DNA of 64,000 nucleotides from Takakia lepidozioides (Eukaryota; Plantae; Bryophyta): NCBI GenBank assembly GCA_030704615.1, contig CM060733.1, positions 76,570,001 to 76,634,000 of the forward strand, read 5' to 3'. Shown piece by piece: positions 61,349 to 64,000 of this stretch (position 1 is its first letter; each line of letters starts with the position of its first letter). The notes under the pieces were generated by a model. It saw only the letters and a program-made list of their open reading frames with translations, ran no database searches and was not told where the DNA came from. The position numbers and the translations under genes were made by a program.

Positions 61349-64000
61349 CAGGGATGCCTCGGCGTGAGCCTGGTCACGTGAGCGCGTGAGCGCAACTGCG
61401 CTCACGCCACGTCACCTTGCGCAAATGCCACGTCATGGGGCTCAATCCACGTCATCACACGTGAAGGCCGCGTCACCACGCGCCCAGAAAGAAGTGGAGT
61501 GTATTCCCGCGGATTGGCACCCTTTACCGCGGAAACAAGCTGGACGACATAATAAAAGGCATTGAATAAAGGATGGATGAATGTACAGTTGGATGATAAA
61601 CAGATGGATGAGTGTGAAAAATGTATGTAGATGGATGAATGACGGATGGATAAGAGTAAAATGGATGAATGTATAATGGATGTTGAGCAATGACAAAAAT
61701 TCATGACAGGAAGATGCATGACCAAATCTTTTGACGAATGCACAACGTATATGAAATGAGTGTGGAAGGTTTGTGGGGTGGATTAAAGAGTACAGAGGAT
61801 GAATGTACAATGGATGTTGTACAAATGAAGCTTTCATGAATGGAGCACGCATGAATACAGTGTAGATGAATGCACAATGGATATGAGAAGAGTCAGGAAG
61901 GTTTGTGAGATGGATTCATCCAAATAGCAATTTAAACGAAAGTTGATTCTGTGATTATTATTTGTTCTAAAGGAACAACTACGGTGGAGGAAGGGGATTC
62001 AACGTTTTCCAGATAATATGAAAATGAATATTAAAAGAATACAGTTCAGTCTGACTCAGAGTCAGTACAATGTATCCCCTCTTCCTCTGCATCTAAGTCT
62101 AAGTATTTTAGAACACCGGATCCACGCTGGATACACCTACGGCTGGGCAGTAAAAAGTCAGGGGATAGGGACTTGGCCGCGTGAAGTGCCATTGCTTCGG
62201 CATAAACAGGAAGCAGAAAATTGGAAAGGGGGCTGTCGAAAACAGACTCGCCAGAAATGACTGTATCTCCTGAAGATCCACCGCTGCCTTTCCTGAAAGA
62301 CAGCCTGAAAAAGTTATTACTGTAACTTTGATGTTATCGAGAAATTGAGTATGACTCCCAAAGAGGGTTTAGCACTTACTCACATGAAAAGTCGTTGTCG
62401 ACCTGCTTATCTTCGGGATCGTCATCATTTCGAATTTGAATCCGATCAGTCTGTGTGCCTGAAGTGGAGCCAGACAAAAGGGGGAGGAGCACGGTGTTGT
62501 AGAGGTCAGAATCACCCTCCATGCCAAAAAGGCTTCTTCCGCCTGCCTTGCATGCGTGGTAAGTTGCTCCTGCACCAGACAGGAGAACATGAACAGTTTG
62601 GAGGGGGGGATTTAAGCAGATGAAACTGTTGAAAGGAAACCAATTCGGAAGGGAAAAAACGAACCTGTGGACACAGAAAGATCGACCACCCGTGCAGAGC
62701 GGTGGCTGCATGACTCCAGCAATATTTGCATGAATGCTGGTGACTTTTCCTTTGCACCTCTCCAGGGAGTGCCATCTGGTCTCTTCAGAGTCTGACTGGA
62801 CTGCATGAAGTTGTACAAAATGTCATCGACATGGGGCTCATAGGGGGGGTTGACGAAACAACCCTGGTCAGAAATCTCAAAGCTGCGGATGGAGGATGGT
62901 GTCTTTGATGTGCGAATCCTCCGCAGACAGATCGCCTCGAACATCCTCGTCTGGCAAAGATAGCAGGTTAGTGTGGTAAACACAATCTATAGTGGAAGTG
63001 TGTACATCGGCTATTCAGAACTCTGACACAAAAAAATCATGAATCGGTGATGATCGGTGTCGATCATAAAACATTCTACTAGAGTGGAGCTGCAAAGAAA
63101 ATTGAAACTCATGATCAAAGCACAAGCAGAAGGGAGACGGCATACCAGCTGACCAGGGAAACCCCCTTTCACAAGGTATAGGCTGTTCACACAATTCCAT
63201 GTGCGCAAAACTTCAAACCCTGAAGACTTGAGGTATGATGCCAATGCCCGACGACTATCATTGTCACATGATTGAAAAAGCAGAAGTGTCCATGCATCAG
63301 AGAGGAAATTGTTACAGAACCCGAACACCCAACTCCAGTAGTTGTCCTCGAATTTGTTCCAGCCTGACGTCTTGCCCTTTGGAAGAACTTCTGGCACAGC
63401 CTGGCCATCCGGGATGTCGAGAATGACAATGTCGGCCGCATAAGTTTTCTGCACACCGCACACGAAGGTGGGACCTGTGCTCACCTGCAACAGACATGTT
63501 TTTTATAAGAACGATGGCAGGATTGTTTTCAAAGAACGAGATTGAAATACTGCCAACGAAACTTTCAAAGAAAAAGGAAAGAAACTGGAATTCTCACCAG
63601 ATTGAGGAATGAGATTATATTGTCCCAGGTAGGGGATGGCACCCCAGTGTATCATCTCTTTCGACTCTGCATCATCGAAAGCCAACCCTCATTAACAATT
63701 TTCATCTCTCCTGCTGAATCAGAACGGGAAGGGTGTGGCTTGGCATCGAACACGCACTGAAGAGTGCGGGTATATCTTCCAGCAGTAAAGTCCTGCCCAC
63801 TCTCAATCTCCTTTTCATTCTCCTTCCCCTTGTCCTTTTCCTTCTCTTTGGACTTGTCTTTGTCCTTTGGCTTTGCTGGTGAGATGGCTATGACATCAAC
63901 AGCCTTGTCTTTTGGTTTGCGGCCCGCCTTCTTTCCCTTCTGCGGCGTTCCCTGAGCATCAGGCTCCTTGGCAGCCAATGTTGCTATGTTTCGTTGATAC
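61349..64000. mobile_element. One end of a hAT-like TIR element extending beyond the window
   Basis: Gag-like sequence switches abruptly to CAGGGATGCC followed by GTGAGC/GCTCAC and CACGTCA subterminal motifs and GGATGGATGAA repeats. The other end is not visible. Confidence 0.55.
62376..64000 (-). pseudogene. Spliced beta-class DNA amino-methyltransferase (N4C/N6A, N6_N4_Mtase-like) homologue; one in-frame stop; 5' end outside window
   Basis: Exons >64000-63598, 63484-63146, 62950-62665 and 62569-62384 have phase-compatible GT-AG introns. Motif IV-like ADIVILDIPDG precedes motif X/I/II-like EKSPAFMQILLESCSHRSARVVDLSVSTGATYHACKAGGRSLFGMEGD. TGA at 63654-52. Confidence 0.72.

Overview
Repeat-rich nuclear DNA from a non-seed land plant, most likely a moss. 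This is inferred from the PLS-class PPR/DYW genes, a Copia with a half-tRNA-Met PBS, a PHD-bearing Gypsy and moss-type hAT transposases. The only apparently intact host gene is a 6-exon DUF810/Munc13-like (PATROL1-family) gene at 22729->28077, whose 3' end runs into a 500-N gap. The rest is nested transposons and gene fragments. (1) Two different TIR elements with perfect 8-bp TSDs carry PLS-class PPR (RNA-editing-factor) cargo instead of a transposase. One is a 10.6-kb Pack-hAT (8621-19229) holding two PPR copies, an OSB-like PDF motif, an E/DYW remnant and a LINE. The other is a 2.85-kb element (57845-60697) that splits a Gypsy gag ORF. A third PPR pseudogene lies between ~65-bp inverted repeats (52809-55773). 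(2) An intron-containing, beta-class N4C/N6A DNA-methyltransferase-like gene (62376->64000, minus strand) sits inside a hAT-like end. (3) Also present are a Gypsy integrase with a C-terminal PHD finger, a piggyBac-like element with a CTAA TSD, CACTA, hAT, Harbinger and Sola-like remnants, a solo LTR and several tandem arrays. All family assignments come from motif recognition by eye; no database searches were run.
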